Of a stretch of 64,000 nt of DNA, positions 8,043-17,922 are shown piece by piece. This DNA is from a virus: positions 988-64,987 of the IMG/VR virus record IMGVR_UViG_2561511210_000002; one strand, given 5' to 3'. The position numbers and the translations under genes are program-made. The notes under the pieces were generated by a model. It was given only the letters and a program-made list of their open reading frames with translations. It did not search any database and was not told the origin of the DNA. Position 1 is the first letter of the stretch. The number at the start of each line of letters is the position of its first letter.

Positions 8043-9163
8043 AGCTGGAACCAACTGAAGCGCAGCGGAAAGCGATGGCGTTGGCGCTCGCGCGCCGCGT
8101 TGGGCGTGAGTCCTACGTGGAAGGAGACCTGGACGTGGTGTGGCACCAGATTGAGGCCGCTAACAGCATCCCCGAGGGTGCACCTGTTGGCACCATCGCA
8201 CGACGACCAGACGGGGAATGGTTGGCTGAGCGCAAGGTTAGCCAAAGTACGGGTGCCGGTCGGTGGGTCTATCTGAAACTTGGGTATCCGTCTACCGAAG
8301 TGTCATTAGAACCCCACGATGCCGACTCTTGGCCTGTCATCTACGACCCGACAAAAGGTGTGCATACCGGCGCTGTGATCAACGCTGAGACCCAGTCTCA
8401 AATCCGTGACGCTCTGGACGGCTCAACAGCACAACAGGAACCGGAGACGTGCCGGATCTGCAACGGATCTGGTGTTGGCTACGGGAAGGTACCAGGCGGC
8501 TGGCTGGAAACGGATTGCGCCGCATGTGATGCGACCAGGGAAGCGCAACAGGAACCGGGCGAGTCTCTGGCGCGTGGACTGGACGACCTTGCCGCTGGGC
8601 GGGTATCCCGCAGGGACGACTACCTGGAGCCACAACAGGAACCGGCACTACGCGAACGCTTTCCCAAGCAGGCGTCGGCTTACGTGGCCGACCCCGAGTT
8701 GGCCGAGGTTGACGATGAACCACTCCCATCCGGGTCACTGATCACGCCAAAGCCCCGTCAGCCCCGTGTCGTTGACCGTCTAGGGGTAGACGAGCAGGGA
8801 TCGCGGTGGCGGGACGTCATCGGCGATGTGTGGAATTGGGACGAGTGTGGGTGGCACTGTGTTGCGGAGTACGGGCAAACGTCGCCCGTGCCGTACTTGG
8901 CGGGAGAAACGGCGCTTCACGGGCCTTTCAAGGAAATCCTTGAGCCCCGTGTACTTCAGAGTTTGGATTGTGAAGAGGCCCGAGACGGCACGGAGTGGAA
9001 GTTCCGGCTGAACGGGGAGCTCCGAAGTCTCGTGTATCGAAACACCCGCTGGCGATACGGGGAAGTCGGCGACCCTATCGGTAGTCGATGCGGAATACCT
9101 GATGGGCACAATTTCATTCGGGAGTTCGCGCCCTACACCGAAGTTCTCGGTGATCCCTCATGA
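8039..9163 (+). CDS. Modular hypothetical phage protein
   Basis: 374-aa ORF with three QQEP repeats and a CxxC-CxxC insert. Confidence 0.7.
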   Translation: MKLEPTEAQRKAMALALARRVGRESYVEGDLDVVWHQIEAANSIPEGAPVGTIARRPDGEWLAERKVSQSTGAGRWVYLKLGYPSTEVSLEPHDADSWPVIYDPTKGVHTGAVINAETQSQIRDALDGSTAQQEPETCRICNGSGVGYGKVPGGWLETDCAACDATREAQQEPGESLARGLDDLAAGRVSRRDDYLEPQQEPALRERFPKQASAYVADPELAEVDDEPLPSGSLITPKPRQPRVVDRLGVDEQGSRWRDVIGDVWNWDECGWHCVAEYGQTSPVPYLAGETALHGPFKEILEPRVLQSLDCEEARDGTEWKFRLNGELRSLVYRNTRWRYGEVGDPIGSRCGIPDGHNFIREFAPYTEVLGDPS

Positions 9164-9284
9164 GTCGTGGTGTCCGTATGTCCGATTGGCTCGCAACCGA
9201 TTACCGGCGTCTTTCTGATCCTGGTCCTTGTGTTCCTGACTGGTTTTGGGTTGATGACGAGTACGACGAGAAGGGGAACCTGCG

Positions 9285-9758
9285 GTGACCGATAACCGTG
9301 ACGCCGTAGCGCATGTAGCCATGTACGCCCTCTTGGGTAAGGCGCTTAAAGATCAAGAGAACCAAGGCCGCTCCTACCTTGTGGATTCCATGGAGGTTGG
9401 GGACGCGGTAGTTGGGCGCGCTAACGGATTGCCCGTGGGTAGGGCGGTGAAGTCGGTGCGCACTGACGCGAAAGTCGTTGACGACAAAGCCCTACTGAAG
9501 TGGGTGAAATCTAATCACCCGGACGAGGTGGAGACCGTCGAGCAGGTCAGGCCCGCGTTCCTGGCTCAACTTAAGAAGGCTGGCGAGCTCTCCGACGGAG
9601 AAACCCCTCTCATCGTCCTGGTCGAGGGCAACCCGTACGTGACCGTGAAACCCACCGAGCACACCGAGCAGGTGATTCGGGAGTTCTTGGCCCGCGGGAA
9701 GTTCTCACTCGAAGGCCGCGCCGCCTTGGATGCTGCCGTGGTGGAGGTGGAGCAGTGA
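9285..9758 (+). CDS. Hypothetical protein (recombination module)
   Basis: ORF directly upstream of ERF, GTGA overlap. Confidence 0.7.
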   Translation: MTDNRDAVAHVAMYALLGKALKDQENQGRSYLVDSMEVGDAVVGRANGLPVGRAVKSVRTDAKVVDDKALLKWVKSNHPDEVETVEQVRPAFLAQLKKAGELSDGETPLIVLVEGNPYVTVKPTEHTEQVIREFLARGKFSLEGRAALDAAVVEVEQ

Positions 9759-10393
9759 CCACGATCTACCAAGCGCTGTCCGAGGTGATGAAGGATGTCG
9801 GTGCCGTCCGTAAGGGTGAGCGTAACCAGCAGCAAGGCTTCTCTTTCCGCGGCATCGACGCAGTTACATCGGCGGTGTATCCAGCCCTCACGAAGCACGG
9901 CGTGATCGTTGTACCTAAGGTCTTAGACTACGAGTACGGGACTGTCGAGGTGGGCCGCAACCGCACCCTCATGGGCCACGTGAGGCTGACGGTCGAGTTC
10001 ACCTGGTACGGACCGGACGGCGATTCGATCACGTCTGTCGCCGCAGCGGAATCCATGGATGCCGGCGACAAAGCCACCGCAAAGGCGCACTCAGTGGCTT
10101 TCCGTACTGCAATGCTGCAAACCCTCTGCCTACCAACGGATGAACCAGACCCAGACTCGCAGGTGTATGAGCGGTCATCGGCACCCCCGGAGCGCACCGA
10201 CGTAGACGACGCTTTAGACGAGCTCGCCGCGGCCTGCGCCGAGAACGGGTGGGACCAGCGTGAGACCGCAGGGAAGTTCTTCTCCGAGCACGGCAAGCCC
10301 CCACGGCAGTGCACCGCAGATGTGATCCGCAAGTTCATTGGCGATTTGATCAAGTCTCACCCCACTGAGCGAGCGGAGGCCGCTAGTGCGTAG
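9755..10393 (+). CDS. ERF-family ssDNA-annealing protein
   Basis: NQQQGFSFRGIDAV...DAGDKATAKAHSVAFRTAMLQTLCLPTDEPDPD. Confidence 0.9.
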   Translation: MTTIYQALSEVMKDVGAVRKGERNQQQGFSFRGIDAVTSAVYPALTKHGVIVVPKVLDYEYGTVEVGRNRTLMGHVRLTVEFTWYGPDGDSITSVAAAESMDAGDKATAKAHSVAFRTAMLQTLCLPTDEPDPDSQVYERSSAPPERTDVDDALDELAAACAENGWDQRETAGKFFSEHGKPPRQCTADVIRKFIGDLIKSHPTERAEAASA

Positions 10394-10745
10394 GGCCGGC
10401 GAGTTCACCGCGGAAGCCAAAGAGCTGATGTCCCAGAGAGCTTTGGGTGAGTGTGAGGTGCAGTGGCCGAACGTGTGTGTGCAGACGGTGGAGACGTATC
10501 ACCATCGTCGCCCGAGAGGCCGGGGCGGTAGCCGCCAGGAGTCGACGAGCCGGGTTTCCAACGGGCTGGCGATATGCCGCGGCTGCCACTCCTTCATTGA
10601 GACGCGTGAGCGTGGGAAGGCTATCGAGTTGGGATTCATCGTGTCTCAGTGGCATGAACCGGCGTTTGAGCGTGTGTTTTACCGGCATGAGCGTTGGGTG
10701 TGGCTTGCCGATGATGGGTCGATTCGTGAGGAGTGGGCGGCATGA
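10386..10745 (+). CDS. HNH-like endonuclease
   Basis: CEV...C...HHRRPRGRGG...NGLAICRGCH. Confidence 0.75.
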   Translation: MRRAGEFTAEAKELMSQRALGECEVQWPNVCVQTVETYHHRRPRGRGGSRQESTSRVSNGLAICRGCHSFIETRERGKAIELGFIVSQWHEPAFERVFYRHERWVWLADDGSIREEWAA

Positions 10746-11378
10746 AGTGCGAACGGGAGAAGTGCCGCAGGAAAGCCAGGGCTCGAGGTTTATGCGAGAA
10801 GCATCTTCTGCATGCGGCCTCCCTTGGCCGGGTGGATGTGGGGATGGTGGAGCCGCTTGTGGCGTCGCGGCACATCCAGTTTCTTCTGAACCATGAGGTG
10901 TCGTTCTGTGAGATGTCGCGGGCCTCAGGGTTGGCGTGGAACACGTTGCGGGCCGTGCTCGATCAGGCGCGTCCGATCTTGAAAGAGACCGAGTCTCGTG
11001 TTCTAAAGATTCAGCCTTCGTTGGAGCAGAGGGTGGCCGCAACAGCGAAGGTGCCGGCGGTTGGTACTGCGCGCAGACTGCAGGGGTTGGCTGCGATCGG
11101 ATACGACAATCGTTTCCTGGCTCAGCGTTTAGGGGCTTCCGAGGTCAGTGTGTGGCGATGGATGTCTCAGTCGCAGCGGGTGGAGGTGTGGGCTGCGAAA
11201 GCTGTTGTGGAGTTGTTCAACGAACTGCAGATGATCCCCTGCCCTTCGAGTAGGTCAAGGACTCGGGCTGCCAAGTTCGGATGGTTACCGCCGTTCGCTT
11301 GGGATGAGGAAGACCTCGACAACCCCGATGCCGAACCACACATGGGCGGGAAGTCGACATGGATCGAACGTTACGAGG
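10742..11378 (+). pseudogene. HTH DNA-binding protein, 3'-truncated by IS
   Basis: GTARRLQGLAAIG...WLPPFAWDEEDLDNP; frame runs into the IS end. Confidence 0.7.
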
Positions 11379-12742
11379 TGATCCGCCCCGGCATGTCGGG
11401 AGGTTCTCTTATCTGAGTGCCTCCTCGGCATGAGGGTGCCGTTGGCGATGGTAGTAGAGCGCTTCGGCCCGATCGGGGGTCAGGTCCTGGCAGTAGCCGT
11501 TGGGTCGCTGACGGTTGTAGAAGGCCACCCATTCGGCGGTCCCCAGCGCCAGTTCGGTGGCACCGGGATAGAGCGGCTGGCGGTCGATGAGTTCGGTCTT
11601 GTAGCTGCTGTTCACCGATTCGGCCAGAGCATTATCGAAACTATCCCCGACGGATCCGACTGAAGGCAGGATCCCCTCAGCGGCCAGACGTTCGGTGAAC
11701 GCGACCGCGGTGTATTGCGAGCCCGCGTCGCTGTGGTGGATAAGTGAATCCAAAGATGCTGCACCCGAACGCTTTCTGGTGTCGATAGCGTGGTCGATCG
11801 CATCGGTCACCAGCTTCTGGGTCATCTCGGTAGCCACCTTCCAACCCACGATCTTGCGGGCATAGACATCGGTGACGAACGCCGTGTAGGCCCAGCCGGC
11901 ACGAGTCCGGCAGTAGGTGAAATCGGCCACCCACAATCGGTCAGGCGCACCGGCGACGAAATTACGCCGGACCCGATCCGGGGCTCGCGTCGCTGCCGGA
12001 TCGGCGACGGTGGTGCGCACCCGCCGGCGCTTGCACGCACCCCGCCAACCCATCTCCCGCATGACCCGTTCCACGACACAGCGCGATACGTCGATACCAT
12101 TGGTGCGCAATACAATCCATGTCTTACGAGCGCCCAGGACTCGGTACAGACTCTGCGATTGGCGAAGCTGCCAGATCGCATCGATCACCTGCGCATCGGC
12201 CCAGTCGGCTTTCGAGGGGCCCTGACGGGCGCGGTGGGCGTAATACGTCGACGGGGCGATCGTGACGCCGTACTCGGAAAGCACAGCGCACATCGACTCG
12301 ACACCCCACTTGAGACCATCAACGCCCACCCGCATGTGCTGGTGGGCGCTGATGAACTCCACGACTACTGAGAGGGCCGGTCGAGCTCGGCGGCGAAGAA
12401 AACCGAGGCCGCCTTCAAGATCGCGTTGGCCCGCTTGAGTTCGGCATTCTCCCGGCGCAGCTTGCGCAGGACCTCGGATTCCTCGCTGGTCTGCCCCGCC
12501 CGAGAGCCGGCGTCGATCTCAGCCTGGCGGACCCATTTGCGCACCGTTTCGGCAGTACCGACGCCCAGCAGGTCAGCAACCCGGCCCATCGCCTCCCACT
12601 CCGAAACTGTCTCGCTGCGCAGATCGGCCACCATCTGCACCGCCCGCACCTTCAGCTCGTCTGGATACCGCCTCGATGACTTCGATCCCACGTGCCCATC
12701 CTTCCCAACGGAAGAACTCTCCAGACACGCCGGGGCGGATCA
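11379..12742 (-). mobile_element. IS3-family (IS6110-like) element, copy 1, 1364 bp, no TSD
   Basis: Terminal IRs TGATCCGCCCCGGC; orfA/orfB; appears identical to 27133-28496. Confidence 0.95.
11409..12691 (-). CDS. IS3-family transposase (orfA 12365-12691, orfB 11409-12362)
   Basis: OrfA SSRRYPDELKVRAV...AELDRP; OrfB WVADFTY...HHSDAGSQY...DNALAES (DDE). Confidence 0.95.
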
Positions 12743-13379
12743 TTCCGCCGGTTTGGTGTGGCGATACGAGGCGAATGGGACCGCATTACTGTTCATCTCT
12801 TTTTGGGAAACGGTGCAGCGCGTGGACAAGCCGCAGTCTGGACGTTTCCCCAGGCCAGACGGCACGATGAACTACAAAGAGTCGTTCATTCGCGAGTGCG
12901 TCAAGAACCCTCGCGAATCCTCGCGAACATTCGCGCCTGGAACAGGGGAACAGGGGAACAGGGGAATAGGGGAACAGGACGACGAGGCGCGAGATCGCGC
13001 CGTCGAGGTCGTACCCCCCGAGTACATCGACAACCCATCAAAGCCTGCAACCCGCCACGCATCTGACGCATCCAAAGCTGTCGTACGCCAGGTACTCGGA
13101 AGCCGATACCCACGCACGACGGTTGATCGTCTAGGCATCCAAGTCCAGAAGCTTGCACGAGAGGGGCACCCTGACAAGCTGATCCGTGAATCCCTCGCAG
13201 AATGGGAGCGACGGCCCAATTGCGACAAGCCCGAATTCCTCCCCACCGTCCTCGGGGATCTTGTCAAAGCCTCACGCACAGAACAGAGGCCACCGCCAGC
13301 CACCCGGAAGGTCGGGATTGGCCTAGACCTTGCCGCGAAATTCGCCCAAACAGATCAGACCGCATTGGAGGCAGGATGA
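12743..13379 (+). pseudogene. RepA-like replication initiator, N-terminus lost
   Basis: LVWRYE...LLFISFWETVQRVDKP and GTGEQGNRG repeats; no own start codon, abuts the IS. Confidence 0.7.
12939..12978 (+). repeat. 5 x 8-bp tandem repeat GGAA(C/T)AGG, putative origin iterons
   Basis: Read directly; preceded by CCTCGCGAA repeats. Confidence 0.7.
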
Positions 13380-13744
13380 ACTACCCGCAGATGGCCGCGC
13401 TAGTCCTCGCGAAGTGTGTCGCCTATGACCCATACCTGACTGAGCCCACCGAGGAAATGTGCAGGGCGTGGGCCGAACAGTTCGAGCTGTACAAGCTAGA
13501 ACTAGACGACGTAATGGCCGCGGTCACGAAGGTGTACAGCCAGCATGGCTCTGGGTATCGCCCACTGCCGAAGGATTTTACGGACGCCGCTCGTGCGAGG
13601 CGTCGAGACCGCGCCGAACGTGAGAAGGCCCAAGAGATTCGCGATGAAGCGGAGAAATGGCGTCTTGACGCTGAACGCCGCGGCCAAATCGAGGGCTTCA
13701 TTGAGGGCTTTGGCGAGACGGATGAGAAGGACGACGAGTCATGA
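13376..13744 (+). CDS. Hypothetical protein (possible helicase-loader-like partner of Rep)
   Basis: ATGA-coupled to rep; MNYPQMAALVLAKCVAYD...RAWAE. Confidence 0.6.
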   Translation: MNYPQMAALVLAKCVAYDPYLTEPTEEMCRAWAEQFELYKLELDDVMAAVTKVYSQHGSGYRPLPKDFTDAARARRRDRAEREKAQEIRDEAEKWRLDAERRGQIEGFIEGFGETDEKDDES

Positions 13745-14028
13745 CTACCCAAGCCATAACAGACATCAAAGAACTCGTAGGAGAAATGCCAGCGAGGGGA
13801 TGTGAGTGTCGGATACACGGCTGCAACGGCACGACGCACGAGCACGGCTGCGACCGTCAAGCCGCGTGGATAGTCCGGATCCACGGCGCGGACATGTTCG
13901 AGCACGGGAACTTCGTCATGGACCTCTGCGACGAATGCCTTGGGGTCATGAAGAACATCAAGGCATCCCTAGGACCCACCTGTAGGTTCTGCGGGGAATC
14001 GTGGTCGATGTTGGTGATGCCGCTATGA
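13741..14028 (+). CDS. Cys-rich hypothetical protein
   Basis: Multiple CxxC motifs. Confidence 0.65.
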   Translation: MTTQAITDIKELVGEMPARGCECRIHGCNGTTHEHGCDRQAAWIVRIHGADMFEHGNFVMDLCDECLGVMKNIKASLGPTCRFCGESWSMLVMPL

Positions 14029-14369
14029 CCGCCTGGTTTAAACGCACACAGCCCAAACCCCAACCAGTGGTGTCACTACAACCCCGAACCGGTTTAGAGA
14101 CCCCCACCGCGTTCCTAGCCCGATTAAAGATCGAGTGCACACCCCCATGCCAAGACTGCTACAGGCCCGCGGATTTCATGGTCACCATCCACCTCGTAGA
14201 CCACTGCGACAGACCCGCCGTTGAAGTGTTCATCTGTGCTGCGCATGTCTCCACGATCGGGAACTGGGTACAAGCCTCGATAGAGACCAGACGCAAAGGA
14301 CGCTGCACCTGCTGTGGGCATGAAGTCACAGCACCACACGACCTCATAGAAGACGTGGTGAAGCTATGA
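14025..14369 (+). CDS. Cys-rich hypothetical protein
   Basis: CxxC motifs; resembles the preceding gene. Confidence 0.65.
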   Translation: MTAWFKRTQPKPQPVVSLQPRTGLETPTAFLARLKIECTPPCQDCYRPADFMVTIHLVDHCDRPAVEVFICAAHVSTIGNWVQASIETRRKGRCTCCGHEVTAPHDLIEDVVKL

Positions 14370-14505
14370 GACGTACTGGTTATCGAATCCACAAGCTTGA
14401 TGGGTGCTGGTGGGTTTGCAAGGTGGATCGATACGGGAAGTGTCACGGACGACGCGCGTTCCTCTTTGGTGCTGAGGCTATAGCAGCATTCGCGGCAGGT
14501 GGAAG

Positions 14506-14733
14506 ATGAGCAAGACCCGTGGTTTAGCCGACTGGCGGGCCAATCGAGATCCGGGCTGGTTCAACGACGTTGGCTATGCGCTACAGGACGAACTGGGTCG
14601 CCACATCTACATCTATGACGGACGCTCCACGCCCGGTAAGCCGGGATGGCACCACTGCACATGCGGGTGGGAAGGCTACTGGAGCGGATTCCATCCCCAT
14701 GTCACTGATCATCTGAGAGCGGTAGTCCTATGA
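14506..14733 (+). CDS. Hypothetical protein
   Basis: HCTCGW motif; ATGA overlap. Confidence 0.6.
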   Translation: MSKTRGLADWRANRDPGWFNDVGYALQDELGRHIYIYDGRSTPGKPGWHHCTCGWEGYWSGFHPHVTDHLRAVVL

Positions 14734-14805
14734 GTGACAACCCACACGAAGAGGGTTCGCCGGAATGGCTTCTCTGGGAAATCTTCTCGGGAGGGGGTAC
14801 GACCG

Positions 14806-14967
14806 ATGAGTGAAGTAACGGACCGGATAGACAAGATCGACCAAATGCTGTTCGACGCAGGCGTAATGGTGCTTTCGGCGAAGACTGGGGCGCAGCGTAA
14901 GGCAGCTGACCGCAGGATCATGGACGCCCGTGTAGAGCTGAACAAACTGCGTTCGAGGTTCGAATGA
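14806..14967 (+). CDS. Hypothetical protein
   Basis: GGAGG RBS; coupled chain. Confidence 0.55.
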   Translation: MSEVTDRIDKIDQMLFDAGVMVLSAKTGAQRKAADRRIMDARVELNKLRSRFE

Positions 14968-15122
14968 GCGACCCTGCAAAACCACCAAGCGACAAAGAAA
15001 TTGACGACGAATTAATGCTCGCCATCTACGGGTATGACCCCAACGATAAGTACCCCGAGTGGGATAACGAATCGATGCGTAAGGCATACCTGGCGGGATG
15101 GGAAGACGGTCAACATGTCTGA
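14964..15122 (+). CDS. Hypothetical protein
   Basis: MSDPAKPPSDKEID...AYLAGWEDG read from sequence; overlaps both neighbours. Confidence 0.55.
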   Translation: MSDPAKPPSDKEIDDELMLAIYGYDPNDKYPEWDNESMRKAYLAGWEDGQHV

Positions 15123-15378
15123 CCCTGCAATCGAAGCTGCACAACGGGCGCTGGCATTCCAGCCACATCCGGGCTATTACCTGACCGGTTCAGCCTTAGC
15201 GACTGCCGCTGCCCGTGAGATGGCTAAGTCGGTACAGGAACTACACGTGCCGTTTGAGGTCTACGGCGCCGAGGCGCGGCGGTTCTGCGCAGAATGCTCC
15301 CGGCTTGCCGATCTAAACATCAAGTGGCCCTGTGAGACCGCTAAACGGGTCTACCCAAGTGAGGAACTAGGACTATGA
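15115..15378 (+). CDS. Hypothetical protein (DPAxEA...EEL family)
   Basis: Shares termini with 15545 and 23411 ORFs. Confidence 0.65.
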   Translation: MSDPAIEAAQRALAFQPHPGYYLTGSALATAAAREMAKSVQELHVPFEVYGAEARRFCAECSRLADLNIKWPCETAKRVYPSEELGL

Positions 15379-15544
15379 GCGACTGGGAAACTGAAAATGA
15401 GGTAGATGTCATCTACCGGATACTGGACAAAGAACGGGTTCGTGACGCATTAAATGTCGCAAACAGAGTCCATTCCGCTCTCATTAAGCGTCGGATGCTG
15501 CAACTGGCCCATGACTATACCCGTCGGGAACAGATGGGGCTCAC

Positions 15545-15766
15545 ATGACCGATCCAGCAGTAGAGGCCGACAAGCGCGCGGTGAACCTAATGAACCAGAT
15601 GCACGATCAGTACGAATGGGTCAACTACGGCGAGGTGGCCGCCCGTGAGGCTTTGAGTCCGATAAGGGAGTGGTACGACCGCAACTACGGCATGTCGTCA
15701 ATCACTGACCATCTGCTCGATGACCTAGCCCCCTTGATTTTCACAACAGAGGAACTAGAGCGATGA
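15545..15766 (+). CDS. Hypothetical protein (DPAxEA...EEL family)
   Basis: AAREALSPIREW...LAPLIFTTEEL. Confidence 0.65.
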   Translation: MTDPAVEADKRAVNLMNQMHDQYEWVNYGEVAAREALSPIREWYDRNYGMSSITDHLLDDLAPLIFTTEELER

Positions 15767-16038
15767 GCGACGAACCTTCCGACGCACAGAAGCTCATAGC
15801 GGAAGTGCACCAAGCGCATTGGCCACGGCGCAGGCACGACGATGTCGATCTCTGGACTGAATGCCGATGTGGGGCCGGTAAGTTCTACAACCCTGCCGAC
15901 CACTCCAAGCACTTCGCTGCCGAGTTGGATAAAGCCCTTGGAGGACTCACGCGGGAGCGGAGTGTCGTCGCCGTCTACCCCGACAATGAGGGCGAACCCA
16001 AGTGCCGTTTTGTGTCTGGCTGGACGGTGACCGAATGA
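15763..16038 (+). CDS. Hypothetical protein
   Basis: CRCG motif; ATGA overlap. Confidence 0.65.
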   Translation: MSDEPSDAQKLIAEVHQAHWPRRRHDDVDLWTECRCGAGKFYNPADHSKHFAAELDKALGGLTRERSVVAVYPDNEGEPKCRFVSGWTVTE

Positions 16039-16250
16039 GTGAGAAGTGGTTTATCGGCCATATGCGGCCACACGTGCTCGGTGCGACCTGCTGGTACGGC
16101 GCATATCGCACAAAGAAGGACGCTGAAGCCGATGTGTCCAAGGTGGATAGCTACTGGTACAAACGGGCGGGTGTTTCCGGCCCCTTCGGATACACATTCG
16201 TTGAGCGAGATGACGAATCTGACGTTGATTATGGGCAATTGAATGTCTGA
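16035..16250 (+). CDS. Hypothetical protein
   Basis: ATGA overlap. Confidence 0.55.
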   Translation: MSEKWFIGHMRPHVLGATCWYGAYRTKKDAEADVSKVDSYWYKRAGVSGPFGYTFVERDDESDVDYGQLNV

Positions 16251-16431
16251 CTACCAAGACATCGGTAGCCGGCAGAAACCTACGGCATACACCGAAACCG
16301 GGGCGGACCGGATTGTTTGTCCTGAATGTGGAGTCCCTGAACACAAGCCGTGTCGCTGGATACCGGCGGACAAAGTCGGTGAAGTAGGTAAACCGCGGCA
16401 CCTGCCGCATGAATCACGATGGAGGCGCTGA
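16243..16431 (+). CDS. Small zinc-finger protein
   Basis: CPECG...C...HESR. Confidence 0.65.
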   Translation: MSDYQDIGSRQKPTAYTETGADRIVCPECGVPEHKPCRWIPADKVGEVGKPRHLPHESRWRR

Positions 16432-16748
16432 TGCGCGATGATATTCACCCAGGCCCGCGCATCATCTCCGGTAAGGCGGAACTGCCCAGCCTGAAACCGG
16501 AGCCCTGGATGATCCAAGCGTCCTGCGCCACCGCAGACCCGGACGCGTTTTTCCCGCATAAGCGTGGGGATGGGGATACTGAGTCGATCACCGTGCAGTA
16601 CCAGTACGCCAAGAAGATATGCCGCGCTTGCCCAGTCAGGGTTGAGTGCTTGACCTACGCGATAGTCAACGACGAACGCGACGGCATCTACGGCGGGCTG
16701 GGCCCTCGTGAGCGCGCGAAGATCCTGCGCAACAGAGAGGCCGGCTGA
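16431..16748 (+). CDS. whiB: WhiB-family transcription factor (WhiB2-like)
   Basis: C...DPDAFFP...AKKICRACPVRVECLTYA...GIYGG. Confidence 0.92.
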   Translation: MRDDIHPGPRIISGKAELPSLKPEPWMIQASCATADPDAFFPHKRGDGDTESITVQYQYAKKICRACPVRVECLTYAIVNDERDGIYGGLGPRERAKILRNREAG

Positions 16749-17035
16749 TGCCCGAGATAGCCGAGTTCGCCGAAATCCTCGGCAGATTAGAGCTATCCAC
16801 ATGGGAGCTTGAATGGCAGGACCACGCAGCTTGTAGGGGCATGGACACGAACCTCTGGTACCCGGAGCGCGGCGCCAGCCGCGAATGCCAACTCGCCAAA
16901 GCTATCTGCCATGACTGCCCGGTGAAGATCCAGTGCCGCGAGTACGCCGTATCCCACCAAGAGCAGTGGGGGTTATGGGGCGAGCTGTCATTGAAGGACA
17001 GGCGTAGGTGGAACCAGGAAAGGAAAGCGGGCTAG
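16748..17035 (+). CDS. whiB: WhiB-family transcription factor
   Basis: WQDHAAC...AKAICHDCPVKIQCREYA...GLWG. Confidence 0.9.
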   Translation: MPEIAEFAEILGRLELSTWELEWQDHAACRGMDTNLWYPERGASRECQLAKAICHDCPVKIQCREYAVSHQEQWGLWGELSLKDRRRWNQERKAG

Positions 17036-17073
17036 ACACCGCGACTTGTCCTGAAACGGAGGATAATTGAGGT
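17033..17073 (+). promoter_or_regulatory. GACAC-box leaderless promoter, copy 1
   Basis: TAGACACCGC...GATAAT-TGAGGT-ATG, 41 nt. Confidence 0.7.
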
Positions 17074-17316
17074 ATGAGCGACTGGTATTACGTACCCGGA
17101 ATGGAATACCCATTCTGGAACGTCAGCATCGAGAACGACTGCGCAATGAACGTTGAGGCCGACACGGACATGGGCAACTTGACAGTCGATGAGTTCACCT
17201 CATTCTTCCCCCGCGCCCGCAAGATCACCCAAGAACAGGTCCATCAGGGGTTGGAGAAGATGCGACAGATCCGGGCGGCCATTTCCGACACTGCCGACGG
17301 AGGTAGTGAGAGTTGA
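17074..17316 (+). CDS. Hypothetical protein
   Basis: ORF immediately after the conserved promoter. Confidence 0.7.
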   Translation: MSDWYYVPGMEYPFWNVSIENDCAMNVEADTDMGNLTVDEFTSFFPRARKITQEQVHQGLEKMRQIRAAISDTADGGSES

Positions 17317-17603
17317 CTGAGTACAAGATGCCCGACCCGCCTGCTGGCATGTGGTGGGAGGTCAAGTTTGACAAGCCGCTAGAGAAGACATATTTGATGG
17401 TCAAGCTACGCCGCAAGGCATGGGGCATCTTCACCAAGACGGTCGACTGGTCGTGTTATTCGCCGAGTGTCGACGCGGAAATCAATGCACGCCATGCCGT
17501 GTGGCTTGCGCAAGAGATTCTCAAAGGCGAAGGGGCGGAAGCGAGGCGGTTTAAGCGGACGGATTACGGACTCAACGGATTAACGGGGTACCGCCGTGGC
17601 TGA
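17313..17603 (+). CDS. Hypothetical protein
   Basis: Coupled ORF. Confidence 0.65.
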   Translation: MTEYKMPDPPAGMWWEVKFDKPLEKTYLMVKLRRKAWGIFTKTVDWSCYSPSVDAEINARHAVWLAQEILKGEGAEARRFKRTDYGLNGLTGYRRG

Positions 17604-17922
17604 GTTGAGTGCTGAACCTCTGCGATGGGAAGAGTGGCCAGACGCGCGAAGCGTATTCGCAACGCTGGAACCGGGCGGCTTCTATCATGTCACCCACTTT
17701 GCTTGTGACGTATGGTCGGCATGGGCTTGCGGGACTATCGGATTGGGCCGCTACCGCAGAACGCTCGGGCCGACGCAGTACATAAACAACCTGTTGTACG
17801 AGGGCGACAGCGAATCGGATGCCTATTCGGCTGTAGCAGCCCACCGTGCCGCTACTGCTCGTGCCGCCGCCTGGGAACGCTATATGGCAGAGAACGATCC
17901 ACCGTCGAACGGGCAGGAGTGA
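17596..17922 (+). CDS. Hypothetical protein
   Basis: Coupled ORF. Confidence 0.65.
   Translation: MAELSAEPLRWEEWPDARSVFATLEPGGFYHVTHFACDVWSAWACGTIGLGRYRRTLGPTQYINNLLYEGDSESDAYSAVAAHRAATARAAAWERYMAENDPPSNGQE

Noticed and set aside
12939..12978. Possible CRISPR-like array
   Set aside because: 8-bp tandem units without spacers; no repeat-spacer array or cas gene seen anywhere in the window.
12426..13379. 317-aa ORF as an intact gene
   Set aside because: Chimera of IS antisense sequence and the rep C-terminal fragment.
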